NCBI GenBank assembly: GCA_963676395.1
Contig: OY781066.1
Coordinates: 1,632,001 to 1,696,000 of the forward strand
Direction of reading: 5' to 3'
Length of the DNA: 64,000 nucleotides
From: a bacterium
Lineage (GTDB): Bacteria; Fidelibacterota; Fidelibacteria; Fidelibacterales; Fidelibacteraceae
Part shown: one piece after another, positions 30,215-40,636 of the stretch
How positions within the stretch are numbered: position 1 is the stretch's first letter
Layout: every line of letters starts with the position of its first letter
The notes under the pieces: generated by a model
What the model saw: the letters and a program-made list of their open reading frames with translations, nothing else
What the model was told of the DNA's origin: nothing
The model's database searches: none
Made by a program: the position numbers and the translations under genes

Positions 30215-31129
30215 ATGAAAATAGTATTTATGGGCACTCCCGAATTTGCGGTTCCGTCTTTAGAAAAATTGTATGCATCCGAACATGAAGTTTGTACCGT
30301 TGTGACTGTTCCGGATAAGCCAAAGGGCAGGGGACAAACAATGTCGATGTCTGATGTTAAGAAAAAGGCACTTGAGTTCGGATTACCGGTATTGCAGCCG
30401 ACTAAATTAAAAGATCCTGAATTTGTTGATGCTCTCAAACAATACAATGCCGATATATTTATTGTTGTAGCTTTCCGTATCCTCCCACCGGCTGTCTATG
30501 AACTTCCGCAATTTGGAGCGGTTAATGCTCATGCATCGCTTTTGCCCAAATACCGCGGAGCGGCTCCCATACATTGGGCGGTATATCATGGAGAAAAAGA
30601 GACCGGAGTTACGGTGTTTCAAATAGATAAAAAAGTTGATACCGGTCAAATAATCCTGCAACGTAAAACGCCTATCGGAGAAAATGAAACGACAGGTGAG
30701 CTTTATGACAGACTAATGTATATTGCTGCGGACTCACTTCTTGAAGCGGTTGATCAGTTGGAAAATGATCGTGTTGAATATATTCAACAGAATGATTCGC
30801 TGGCTACTCCGGCACCCAAAGTCCATCCTGATACGGGTAAGCTTGATTTTAGCAAGAATGGTAAAGCGCTTTGCCAAGCGGTACGCGCTTTTAATCCATG
30901 GCCGGGTGCTTACACTTTTATTAATGATCAACGTGTTAAAATATACACAGCTGATTTTGAGTTACATTCCAATACAGAACCCGGAAAGATCGAAGTATTA
31001 TCTAAAAAACAATTCGCTATTCATTGTGCTGACGGATATTTCCTGCCAAAAGAATTGCAATCTCCCGGACGAAAGAGAATGGGAGTTGTGGATTGGATGA
31101 ATGGTAACGAGCTTTATTCTAAAGATTAA
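30215..31129 (+). CDS. fmt: Methionyl-tRNA formyltransferase
   Basis: FMGTPEFA and HASLLPKYRGAAPI motifs. Confidence 0.97.
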   Translation: MKIVFMGTPEFAVPSLEKLYASEHEVCTVVTVPDKPKGRGQTMSMSDVKKKALEFGLPVLQPTKLKDPEFVDALKQYNADIFIVVAFRILPPAVYELPQFGAVNAHASLLPKYRGAAPIHWAVYHGEKETGVTVFQIDKKVDTGQIILQRKTPIGENETTGELYDRLMYIAADSLLEAVDQLENDRVEYIQQNDSLATPAPKVHPDTGKLDFSKNGKALCQAVRAFNPWPGAYTFINDQRVKIYTADFELHSNTEPGKIEVLSKKQFAIHCADGYFLPKELQSPGRKRMGVVDWMNGNELYSKD

Positions 31130-31338
31130 ATATAAATTGAAAAGATAATATTAGAGGTGGACCTATTAATCCACCTTTTTTGCTTATTATTTAAAAAGAC
31201 TGGCTTGAGCCGGATTTGTAAATCAGAGAAACATTATTTGCGATCTAGGGGCCTGCCTGCTTATTAATATATTTATTGACTGATCATCGTTTTGAAAAGA
31301 CGCAGGAAGTTATGTTTCAATAAGTCCCCTGGATTATT

Positions 31339-32319
31339 TTAAAAAAGTCCTTCTAAAAATTCTTCGACCGTTACATTTAAAAAATAATTTTCTAAACCGA
31401 GCTCATTGAGTTTTGTTCTAAGGATATCTTTTTCGTGTGGAAGCCCCTTTAGAATATTTTCAAGTTCAGTTATATCTTTTATATTGAAGAAATCACCAAA
31501 GATCTTTGCTTTCTCGATTTTACCGCTGACGACCTGTAGGTCAATCTCAATATGTCCGCCTCCGGTTTTTATCCCTTTTTGGAAGTTGTATTGAGGAGAT
31601 GTGCCAAAATTCCAATCCCAGGTACCGTATTTTTCATCAACCAGTTTTTGAATAGCCGTGTTGTCTTCACTCGTCAACTCATAGAAAGTGGTGTCTTCGT
31701 ACATTGAACTGACATGCTTTATGATACGTTCTTCAAATTCTTGCAAGCTAATCGCTGTGGGAAGATGCTCTGAAATATTTGTTACTCTGGCTCTTACGGA
31801 TTTTACGGCTTTATCTTGAAATTTTAAGGGATTCACTTTTAAGGCTGAAGATAGGTCCGGCAGTTTTGAGCTGAAGAGAAGTGTACCGTGTTGTAAGATT
31901 TTATCTTTATAGAAATGTTTGGCGTTTCCTGAGAATTTCTTGCCTGAAATGGTTAGATCATTGCGGCCTTCAAATATGGCATTGACTCCCAGTTTTCTTA
32001 AAACATCAAGAATGGGTTGTGTATACTTACTAAAGTCGACTGTCTTACCGTTTTCTTCTTTCTTGATAAAGGAAAAATTTAAATTACCGGGGTCGTGGAA
32101 AACCGCACCACCTCCTGATAAGCGGCGTACTACGGTAATATTGTTTTCTTTTACATAATCCAGGTTAATCTCGGCCAATGAGTTTTGATGTTTACCTACA
32201 ATAATACTGGGAGCATTGATGTAGAGGTAAAAGCAATCCTGGGACTTATGCTTAAGTAGGTATTCTTCCGTAGCAATATTAAATGCCGGATTATGGGTTT
32301 TAGAGCGTATACATAACAT
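31339..32319 (-). CDS. lplA: Lipoate-protein ligase A
   Basis: RRLSGGGAVFHD, KFSGNA and HGTLL motifs. Confidence 0.95.
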   Translation of the reverse strand: MLCIRSKTHNPAFNIATEEYLLKHKSQDCFYLYINAPSIIVGKHQNSLAEINLDYVKENNITVVRRLSGGGAVFHDPGNLNFSFIKKEENGKTVDFSKYTQPILDVLRKLGVNAIFEGRNDLTISGKKFSGNAKHFYKDKILQHGTLLFSSKLPDLSSALKVNPLKFQDKAVKSVRARVTNISEHLPTAISLQEFEERIIKHVSSMYEDTTFYELTSEDNTAIQKLVDEKYGTWDWNFGTSPQYNFQKGIKTGGGHIEIDLQVVSGKIEKAKIFGDFFNIKDITELENILKGLPHEKDILRTKLNELGLENYFLNVTVEEFLEGLF

Positions 32320-32397
32320 GAGTATCTCCTGTTAAACTACAGAAGTATAGCGAATAATATTGATCCATCGCTATTTATTATCAACTATTACTGTATT

Positions 32398-34521
32398 TTA
32401 ACTTTTGTATGGTAAGGTTAACCAGAACGTTACACCTTCATCCTTTTTAGAATTAACTCCGATTTTTCCACCGTGAGCTTCAATAGCCATTTTGCAGAAA
32501 GTAAGGCCAATGCCTGAGGAATAACTATGTTCACTGTGCCCCGTATAAATTTGACTATAAATATTAAAAATGGATTCCAATTTGTCTTTCGGGATATACT
32601 CACCTGTATTGTATATCTTAATTCTGCAAACATTTCTTCCTTTATCCTTTATCAAATCAGCTGTGACTTGAATGAGGCCATTTTCATTTTTATATTTTGT
32701 GGCATTGGAAATGATATTGGTTAAAACGCGGATGATCAATTTTTCATCCACTTTGATTATAAGGTTTTTGGGCACTTTGTTTTCAAATTTAATATTGTTT
32801 AAATTAATTTGGAATTCATTTTGTTTGTATGCCTCTTTTACCAGTTCATCTAAAGGAGCTTCCTTTAAGTTGATCTCAAGACGGGTTTCTTCATATTTGT
32901 TAACATCAAGAATGTTTTGTATCAGATTTTGCATTTCTTTACCTGAATGGTAAATGAGTTCTCTGGTGTTTTCATTGATCTCAGGTAATTGCATAAATCC
33001 GATAATATTGCTTAAAGGATTTTTAAGATCATGTACCATCATTTTGGTGATTTCTTTTTTGAATCGATCCAGATCAATAAGTTTTTTATTTGCCTGATTC
33101 AATACATCCGCTTGATTTTGGATCATATTGTTTTGTAGTGTGACTTCACTGTTAATTTTTTGAAGTTCCTGTGTGCGCTTTTCAACTATTTCTTCAAGTT
33201 CATCATTATGCTTTTCAAGTTTGTTGCTGAGCTTTTCTACCTGAATATGCGCCAGAGATGAATTTTTTGAAATAATAAATGCCTGTACGAATAATAAACT
33301 GATCAGCCCGAAGGGTAAAAGATATGTTGATTGGATGATCTCAAGATAAAAAAGTATATCGTTGAGCATAGTAAATAGCAATAAAAAAGATCCTGCGAAC
33401 AGTAAACCTGAATTTGGTATTTTTTGAATAAGCGCGCGGAGGATCAGTATGAAAATCCCAACGATCATATAAACGGCTACTACCAGGATGGCATAAGAGG
33501 CATAAGTAAAGATTCTTGCGGGAAAAAGCAGGATGATAAGACATAATATAGCTGCCATACCTTGCACGCTTTTCTGAAACCAGTTTGGAATATTATCTGG
33601 TATCATGTTTTTAAGAAATGCCATCAAATAAATTCCAAATAAGGGTATTGAAATATATTCAATGCGAACGGCTAGTTCCCATGGCATGGATGTTGCAAAG
33701 TTGATCATTAATTTTTCACCGGTGGTACTCATGCGGAATAGAACAAATATGGCCATCATACTGAAGTACGCAGAAGATTTATCTGATCGGCGATAATGAT
33801 ATAAGGTCAGATGATAAAGAATAAGAAGCGTTATAATGCCAATCATTAAAAATTCAATACCGATTCTTATGTTTTTTATTTTACTCAGCGAGCTACCTTG
33901 AGCAAATAGAATAGGTTCGGTTGCACCACCGTTTCTATGATGGAAGTTTGATATTTGCAGTATGACTTCAATGCGATTGTTTTCGGCAAAAAAGATAAAA
34001 TCTTTTCTTTGCCAGGATGGTTTCATTTCTTTCTTACTTTTGCCCACTTCACCGGCTCCGCCAAAGAATTTTCCGTTGATCCACATTGCAAAAGCTGTTT
34101 CAAATTCTTTGATTTTAAAACCATAAATATCCGGTTTGTTAACATCTATGAAAAATCGATAGGTTCCATATCCCATAGGGCCGACTTTTTTACCGTCAAC
34201 TTCTAGACCATTCCATTCAAGGGGGATGTGTTGATACACTGGCTTTGGAAGTTTTTCTGGATTCTTGAAATCTTCGGGTGTAAGTAATTGGTTCCAGTAG
34301 AATTCAACATCACCCTCCAACGTAGAATATTTCTGGACTGAAAAATCTATATTACTGTAATCAAAAACACCCTTATGTCCTTTGATGTGAATATCATTTT
34401 TATTCGGGTGAAGCTGGAGCGTATAATTAACTGAATTAATGATTATACTAAGAAGAACTAAACCAATTACTAATAAAGTATGGTTTTGTTTAAGCCATTT
34501 AAGGAATTGATTATCTTGCAT
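32398..34521 (-). CDS. Sensor histidine kinase with 7TM-DISM-like input region
   Basis: Extracytoplasmic domain, ~7 TM helices, HDLKNPL H-box, NATKY and GIGLTFCK motifs. Confidence 0.9.
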   Translation of the reverse strand: MQDNQFLKWLKQNHTLLVIGLVLLSIIINSVNYTLQLHPNKNDIHIKGHKGVFDYSNIDFSVQKYSTLEGDVEFYWNQLLTPEDFKNPEKLPKPVYQHIPLEWNGLEVDGKKVGPMGYGTYRFFIDVNKPDIYGFKIKEFETAFAMWINGKFFGGAGEVGKSKKEMKPSWQRKDFIFFAENNRIEVILQISNFHHRNGGATEPILFAQGSSLSKIKNIRIGIEFLMIGIITLLILYHLTLYHYRRSDKSSAYFSMMAIFVLFRMSTTGEKLMINFATSMPWELAVRIEYISIPLFGIYLMAFLKNMIPDNIPNWFQKSVQGMAAILCLIILLFPARIFTYASYAILVVAVYMIVGIFILILRALIQKIPNSGLLFAGSFLLLFTMLNDILFYLEIIQSTYLLPFGLISLLFVQAFIISKNSSLAHIQVEKLSNKLEKHNDELEEIVEKRTQELQKINSEVTLQNNMIQNQADVLNQANKKLIDLDRFKKEITKMMVHDLKNPLSNIIGFMQLPEINENTRELIYHSGKEMQNLIQNILDVNKYEETRLEINLKEAPLDELVKEAYKQNEFQINLNNIKFENKVPKNLIIKVDEKLIIRVLTNIISNATKYKNENGLIQVTADLIKDKGRNVCRIKIYNTGEYIPKDKLESIFNIYSQIYTGHSEHSYSSGIGLTFCKMAIEAHGGKIGVNSKKDEGVTFWLTLPYKS

Positions 34522-34689
34522 TTAAATTAACTCTCTCATTCAATTCATTGCTACTTATCTCTCAATATAATAAGCTACTATGTATTGAGTTTATATGCAA
34601 TGGTAATCTGTAATTGAGAACCGCTTATCAATAACCATTTATCGGTGCTTCGTAGATATAGCTTGAAAATCTATTGATTATACTGTTTT

Positions 34690-35223
34690 TCAATTTTTAA
34701 TTCTACTGCTACTTGGCCTGGAACCGAACCACCAGGTGATAGCTGTTGTCAATAAGAACATGATCTGCGCAATGGTTTCACGGTACATGATAACCACTTC
34801 GGGAGCTGACAGGCTGTTTTCAATACCACCGGCAAAATGATGAAGGTTTATGGCGATAATGGTTCCGATCACCAGTAAGTATAGCGTGATGGTTGGACGC
34901 ATTAACCCACGAATTGCATCCACGATTTTAATCTTGCTGTTTTTGCTTTGTGTTTTTACGCTTTCTTTGAAAGCTTTGAGCTCTTCGAGATCTTTATCAA
35001 TAGTACCCTGAGTTTTGATACCTTCGATCTTTTTTTCTGCCAGCTCAAGTTCATGCCGGTACTTTAATTCGGTTTCGGCTTTTTTTAGTTCGGCCATTTT
35101 GAATTCATATTCTGATTTAATCTTGTGGTTTTTTCGCTCTTCACGCTTGGTTAGCCAGGAACCCAATAGTCCTATAACTGCACCAAAAGCTGATGAAGAC
35201 AATACTTGCATTAAAACGCCCAT
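34690..35223 (-). CDS. Membrane protein resembling 3-TM phage/GTA holin-like proteins
   Basis: N-terminal amphipathic segment, coiled coil, RP-TM and WWFGSR C-terminal motif. Confidence 0.55.
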   Translation of the reverse strand: MGVLMQVLSSSAFGAVIGLLGSWLTKREERKNHKIKSEYEFKMAELKKAETELKYRHELELAEKKIEGIKTQGTIDKDLEELKAFKESVKTQSKNSKIKIVDAIRGLMRPTITLYLLVIGTIIAINLHHFAGGIENSLSAPEVVIMYRETIAQIMFLLTTAITWWFGSRPSSSRIKN

Positions 35224-35455
35224 GCTTACCTCTTGAGAAATATTTAATTAAATAATATAATGCTGATATTATAAAAGTAAATAATATATGAGATATATGC
35301 AAGAAATTTTTCGTGAGCATTAAGAGGTGCTAATAAAGTTTTGTTCCGAGATGTAGAAATCCATCGAGATAAAGATTTCCTATATAAGCGGGAAAAATAT
35401 ATAAAATAAAAAACCCTGGAAGTTCCAGGGTTCTTTAATGCCTTAAAGTGATTGT

Positions 35456-35887
35456 TTATTTAACAATTTCTTTAATAACGCTGGCGTTTATGATATTGTC
35501 AGCGATTGGGCAGCGTTTGGTAATTTTTTCAAGATAGGCTTCTTTTTCTGCATCTGTCATGTCTGCATCAATTTTAACAAAAGCGCGAATTTCAACAAAT
35601 CCTGCACGACCTTCTTCAGTTTTTCCAAGAAGGAAATCTTTATCAATGTCACCTTCAACATCAACTTCGATACCATTTACGGCGAGTCTTTCCTGGTTGG
35701 CGATAATACGTCCAATTGCACAAATACATCCAGGAAGTGAAGATAAGAAAATTTCCATGGGGTTAGGGCCTAAGCCTTCACCGCCCATTGCTACAGGTTG
35801 GTCAATGATGAATTCATGTGAACAGTTTACAACGGTTTTAAATCCTTTGCCAATTTTGGCGCCAAGTTTCATGGTAGTTACTGCCAT
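35456..35887 (-). CDS. OsmC-family protein
   Basis: IDQP..GG...GPNPME..L.SL.GC and RCPIADN motifs. Confidence 0.9.
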   Translation of the reverse strand: MAVTTMKLGAKIGKGFKTVVNCSHEFIIDQPVAMGGEGLGPNPMEIFLSSLPGCICAIGRIIANQERLAVNGIEVDVEGDIDKDFLLGKTEEGRAGFVEIRAFVKIDADMTDAEKEAYLEKITKRCPIADNIINASVIKEIVK

Positions 35888-36282
35888 TTTTTTCCCTTTA
35901 TTTTAGGTTGTTTATTGAAAAGAACGTGAATTATATGATAAAAATCACATAAATCAAAATGATATATAATAAATATTTAGTTAAGACAGAGCAATTCTCA
36001 ATTGAGTCGTAATTTGTTTGTTTTATTTTAAGAATATACTCAAATAAAGGATCCATTGCTGTTTGTTATATTAAGGATTTTGGGATTTTATATTTCGAAA
36101 AAGATAGTCAAAATATCAAAAAATAAGCATTGATATTCGGTTCACTCAAAATATAGCTTAGTGTAAATAGTTAAGAAATTTGACTCAAATCATTGATATG
36201 GGAAAATTCTAGGGTCAACACAAACAAATACCCCGGAAGCGAGCAATGTATCGAGATACATTCCGGTACATGTAGGCATTTG

Positions 36283-36990
36283 TTAGATCAGTTTTTCACC
36301 GACCAATCCCACAACGAAACCCAGTATTGCGCCTAACGAGCTTAGATAATTTTTTTCTAATTTGCTTTCGGGGATAATATCCTGAATGAGTAAATATAGG
36401 ATACCACCAGCTGCAAATGTCATTAAGTATGAGGTCATGATGGGGTGATCACGAAGGAAAAAATGACCAATTAAGGCACCGGCGATCCCGGTAAAACTCA
36501 AGAAAAAGAAAATGATCAGGGTTTGTTTTGATGAAAATCCACTTTGAACCAGGTCTCTAAATGCATTAAATGCTTCGGGTAAATTCTGCAACCCAATAAA
36601 TATGGCCAGTAATGTCGCCATCTCATGATCCACGGCAAAAACAGAGCCTAGTGCAATGGATTCCGGAACAAAATCCATCATCATTGCCAGGAGCGTTGCG
36701 GTTTGTCCGCCCTTTTTTGATAGCTTTTGATCCAGAATCATAAATAAAATAGCACCTGTAAGAAAGGTGATGCATAAAGGTAGCCAGTTTAAAGTGCTTA
36801 AGCCTTTTGGTATTAATACAAGTGCCAATGCCGAAAGAATGATACCACCACCAAAAGACATAAAGGTATGTGTGATCTCATATTTTACCGGACTTTCTTG
36901 AATGTGATGATTGAAACTTCTTGCTAAAATACCGCCAATAAAGACAGTTATTCCTGCAAAACCCGAAAAAATAATTAATTCTGTTAACAT
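36283..36990 (-). CDS. ZIP-family divalent metal transporter
   Basis: Multi-TM; MDFVPESIALG and LQNLPEAF motifs. Confidence 0.88.
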   Translation of the reverse strand: MLTELIIFSGFAGITVFIGGILARSFNHHIQESPVKYEITHTFMSFGGGIILSALALVLIPKGLSTLNWLPLCITFLTGAILFMILDQKLSKKGGQTATLLAMMMDFVPESIALGSVFAVDHEMATLLAIFIGLQNLPEAFNAFRDLVQSGFSSKQTLIIFFFLSFTGIAGALIGHFFLRDHPIMTSYLMTFAAGGILYLLIQDIIPESKLEKNYLSSLGAILGFVVGLVGEKLI

Positions 36991-37011
36991 TATTTGTTTC
37001 CTATCAATGTT

Positions 37012-37293
37012 TTAACTACCGGCAAATGGTGTGCCTAAGATACCCAGCGCAAGTTCCATCCAGATCAAAATGAAGATCACAATGACCCCAATGATGACCG
37101 GGATGCGCCATTGGCTACTCTTTAATTTTATCGTCAGGAATTGCAGTAGCATCCCGAGCCCGAAGAGCATGAGGCCACCTATCATAAGATCAGCGATGCT
37201 CCAGCCTTCGCCCTCGCCGAATTGCGAGGCGATGTAGGGAATGAGCATGAGACCGTAAGAGCCGAGCAGTGTGAAAAAGGTTTTTTTCATCAT
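37012..37293 (-). CDS. Small 3-TM hypothetical membrane protein
   Basis: LIP.IA.QF...W..D and W.ELA.G..GTPFAGS pattern typical of a Bacteroidota membrane family. Confidence 0.75.
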   Translation of the reverse strand: MMKKTFFTLLGSYGLMLIPYIASQFGEGEGWSIADLMIGGLMLFGLGMLLQFLTIKLKSSQWRIPVIIGVIVIFILIWMELALGILGTPFAGS

Positions 37294-37355
37294 GAGAAAA
37301 ATTAGGGGATTTTAAAGGGGTTTACAATATAAAATAGCCTGACATGTTGAACGAA

Positions 37356-37780
37356 GGGACTCCGCAAGGAGAATATATCGCTTGTCCCGCTTATCAATAC
37401 GACTTCATGAGTTTAATAGGGACTCCGTAAGGAGTGCAAGAAGAATATATCGCTTGTCCCGCTTATCAATACGACTTCATGAGTTCAAAAGGGACTCCGC
37501 AAGTAGTGCAAGAAGAATATATCGCTTGTCCCGTTCATCAATACGACTTCATGAGTTCAAAAGGGACTCCGCTAGGAGTCCAAGAAGAATATACCGCTTG
37601 TCCAGCTCATCAATACAATCTCATGAGTTCACCAGAGACTTCGCAAGGAGTGCCAGAAGAATATATCGCTTGTCCCGCTTATCAATACGACTTCATGAGC
37701 TTAAAAGGGACTCCGTAAGGAGTCCAAGAAGAATATACCGCCTTATCACCCATACAAACGACCCCGTAGGGGTCGAAGAA
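37356..37780. repeat. Tandem array of ~6 REP-like 72-bp units, each with a GGACTCC-GNAA-GGAGT hairpin, ending in CGACCCC-GTA-GGGGTCG
   Basis: Unit starts at 37356 (shortened), 37419, 37491, 37563, 37635 and 37707. Confidence 0.92.
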
Positions 37781-38217
37781 TTAATGTATATATTTCTCCT
37801 CAAACTCAACATTAAATTCTCTTAATAATCGTTTCGTCTCCTCAAAAGGATTTTCCTTTTTATGATGTTCCTCCTGATTTTTAATATATTTAATCAAATC
37901 GGGTATCGCCTCAGGAGTATATGTAAAAGCACCATAGCCTTCATTCCATCCTCTAAAATATGGAAAAATTTTCTTTTCAAGAATAAATGAAGCACTGGAA
38001 AGCTTGATGTCTTTTACTAAAGAGGAAAGAGAAAGAGTTGGGTGAAGCGAAATTAGAATATGGATATGATTGTTGTATCCACCCACTCTATAAACAAAGC
38101 ATTTTTTGTTCATTAGGGTTTTTGAGATATACTCGAAAAGACGTTCCCTGTTATTTTTGCTTATGCTGTTTTCCCAATTTTTGGTTTGGAATACGATTTA
38201 CGGGTATAGGTTTTCAT
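37781..38217 (-). pseudogene. tnpA: IS200/REP-associated Y1 HUH transposase with a frameshifting deletion near the 5' end
   Basis: MKTYTR then out-of-frame IVFQTKN...; HIH (HUH), W.EGYGAFT and YIKNQEEHH motifs. Confidence 0.85.
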
Positions 38218-38229
38218 TTTCGTCCCTTA

Positions 38230-38300
38230 TTCTTCGACCCCTACGGGGTCGGGGTTTTACTTTGTAACGTATATATTCTTCTTGCACTCCTTGCGGAGTC
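38230..38300 (-). repeat. Inverted copy of the two-hairpin REP module upstream of tnpA
   Basis: TTCTTCGACCCCTACGGGGTCG...TTCTTGCACTCCTTGCGGAGTC. Confidence 0.88.
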
Positions 38301-38434
38301 GTGAATATAAGCAGTTTTTTTTATCAAAATCGTTGTTATTCAAAAAACTGTGATGAACATCACGGAAAAGTAGAAATTTAATTTCCGAATGGATTAAAAA
38401 TGGAGATTCCATAGAAGCCTAAGAAGAACAAATT

Positions 38435-38560
38435 GCTTGTCCCGTTCATCAATACGACTTCATGAGTTCAAAAGGGACTCCGCAAGGAGTCCAAGAAGAA
38501 TATACCGCCTTATCACCCATACAAACGACCCCGTAGGGGTCGAAGAATTATTGGATATAT
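38435..38560 (+). repeat. Direct-repeat copy of the last 72-bp unit plus terminal hairpin
   Basis: Matches ~37668-37793 at an offset of 767 nt. Confidence 0.88.
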
Positions 38561-38608
38561 TTTACTTCAACTTTAACCGTCATCTCAGTTTTTAATTTTA
38601 CCACGGGA

Positions 38609-38773
38609 TCAGACCTTCCCCGACTTGTTGTCTAAAGCGACCCAAAAACAGCTGCTGTTCTTTAGAATGCGATAGTGTGTTTCCGGAAGCGGCGGATTCG
38701 ACCAACCGACAAAAAAACCTGTCAACTGCTCGTTGTTGATCTTTGTGATATCATTGATGTATTCCAGTGCCAT
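38609..38773 (-). pseudogene. 5' fragment (54 codons) of a GNAT-family acetyltransferase
   Basis: MALEYINDITKINNEQLTGFFVGWSNPPLPETHYRILKNS...GKV*; GFFVGW.NPP..ETH is the N-terminus of a GNAT family; the C-terminal half is absent. Confidence 0.65.
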
Positions 38774-38809
38774 TTTTATCTCTGTAATCTAATTGTTCTG
38801 CACCGTGAT

Positions 38810-40636
38810 TTAGCGCGGTGACAATAAAACCAGTCCCCATTTCTCTTTAACCGTTACCGCATCGTTAAAGGTTATGTCGGAAATCAGATCCTTACATTTT
38901 TTCATCTCAAGAGTGGATATGTCAAATTCATATTCATCATCCCCGTTATTGATCACAACAAAGATTGTCTCGTTCTTGTATTTGCGTCCAAAGATCAGGA
39001 CACCCTTGTCATCGTCGGTCAGCACGGTTTTGTACGAACCTATTTGCAGGGCTTTGTGCTCATTGCGAATAGCGATCAGTTTTTTATAATGATCGAGCAG
39101 ATCGTGGTTGACCGCCACCTTGTCCGGGGTGTGTTGGCTGCCATCGGGATTGCTAACTTCGTCGTCGTAATCAATATTGTCCCAGATCATAGGCTTGCGG
39201 CAGTCCGGGTCGTTGCCGCCCCACATGCCGGCCTCGTCGCCGTAGTAGATCATGGGCGCGCCCACATAGGTCATTTGCATGATGACGAACAATTTCTGCA
39301 GCGCAATGTCCTCCGCCTGTGGTTTTCGTGGAGAATAATCTGGATTATCGATGGGCTTGGACGCTCCGAAATAGTGACCCCAATCACGAAAATTACCAAT
39401 GCCGTTCTTGCGGTTTACAATATGCGAGCCAATGCGGTTGGCATCGTGCGAACCGAAGAGGTTCATCGAGACCTCCGCCACGCCCGCAGGATAGAGGTTC
39501 TGCGGTTCCTGCAGTTTTTTATCATACTCGCTGGCCATGATGCGGTTCTTGCCTTCATTGAAAAAGAATTCTGCGGAAGCGAAAGCGAAGTTGTAGTTCA
39601 TCTCCCCGTCGAATTCGTCACCCTGCATGTAGGGCTGCACTTGTTCCGGTGGGGCGATGATCTCGGCGGTCAAATAGGCCTCCGGATTGATAGACCGCAC
39701 TAGCTTGCGCCAATCTTTCCAGAAGGGATGCGCAATGCAGTAGGCCACATCCAGACGCCAACCGTCGATGCCGTGCCGTGTGCCCATGTCGCCGGGATTC
39801 ATCCAACGCCGGGTGGCGTTAAAAATGTAATCCTTCGGACCTGCGACGATGCCGTTCTCATCTTCGCGCAGTTCGGGCAGGGACTTCACGCCGAACCAGC
39901 CTTCATAATCGAAGCTCGTTCCTTTTTCCTTGTTGTTCCAGGATTTGATGATAAACCAGTCCTTATAGGGCGAGTTCTGCTGCTTCTCGATCACGTCCTG
40001 AAAGGCGAAGCTGTGCATGCCCATGTGATTGAAAACCCCGTCGAAAATGATCTTCATGCCGCGTTGGTGCACCTCATTGATCAATTTGAGCGCGAGTTTG
40101 TCGGCTTGGGTCCATATCCATGTAGAAGGATCCAAAGGATTTTCTTCGGCCATCAGTTGGCGATCACCCTCGGGGTCGGGACCAAAATTCGGGTCGATAT
40201 GATGATAGCTTTCGCCGTCGTATTTATGTAGGGAGGGAGACACGAAGACCGGATTCAGGTAAATGGCCGTAATGCCCAGATCCTGAAGATAGTCGAGTTT
40301 ATCAATGACACCCTGTAGGTCCCCGCCGTAGCGACGGCGCAGCAGGTGCTTCCACAGTTCCGGCTCGTCGTTAGTTTTTTCATAGTCCTGTAGTACATAC
40401 CAGTCAGATCCCCAGGGATGGATGTGCCATTCCTTAGGTGCATCCTGCGGGTCCGCGCCGAGAATATCTTTGACGGTCGGGTCATTGGACGGATCCCCGT
40501 TGTGGAAACGCTCCGGAAAAATTTGGTACCAAACGACGGATTTGGCCCATTGTGGGACGAATTCTTTGTTTTGCATGCTGCACCCTACATGAAGTAATGA
40601 GATGATTATTAAGGCAAGATAAACGGATTTTTTCAT
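38810..40636 (-). CDS. GH13 alpha-amylase family (neopullulanase/cyclomaltodextrinase-like) lipoprotein
   Basis: Lipobox HVGC; WYQIFPERF, DGVFNH, GWRLDVA, GSHD and YYGDEAG motifs. Confidence 0.93.
   Translation of the reverse strand: MKKSVYLALIIISLLHVGCSMQNKEFVPQWAKSVVWYQIFPERFHNGDPSNDPTVKDILGADPQDAPKEWHIHPWGSDWYVLQDYEKTNDEPELWKHLLRRRYGGDLQGVIDKLDYLQDLGITAIYLNPVFVSPSLHKYDGESYHHIDPNFGPDPEGDRQLMAEENPLDPSTWIWTQADKLALKLINEVHQRGMKIIFDGVFNHMGMHSFAFQDVIEKQQNSPYKDWFIIKSWNNKEKGTSFDYEGWFGVKSLPELREDENGIVAGPKDYIFNATRRWMNPGDMGTRHGIDGWRLDVAYCIAHPFWKDWRKLVRSINPEAYLTAEIIAPPEQVQPYMQGDEFDGEMNYNFAFASAEFFFNEGKNRIMASEYDKKLQEPQNLYPAGVAEVSMNLFGSHDANRIGSHIVNRKNGIGNFRDWGHYFGASKPIDNPDYSPRKPQAEDIALQKLFVIMQMTYVGAPMIYYGDEAGMWGGNDPDCRKPMIWDNIDYDDEVSNPDGSQHTPDKVAVNHDLLDHYKKLIAIRNEHKALQIGSYKTVLTDDDKGVLIFGRKYKNETIFVVINNGDDEYEFDISTLEMKKCKDLISDITFNDAVTVKEKWGLVLLSPR

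Noticed and set aside
31244..31333. Possible MITE with AGGGG...CCCCT ends
   Set aside because: Inverted similarity is too short and imperfect, and no second copy was seen in the window.
37356..37780. CRISPR array or guide-RNA array
   Set aside because: Units are similar along their whole length with no unique spacers, and no cas or other guide-binding gene is in the window.
37382..37825. 147-aa and 94-aa repetitive ORFs
   Set aside because: Artefacts of the 72-bp (multiple of 3) tandem repeat.
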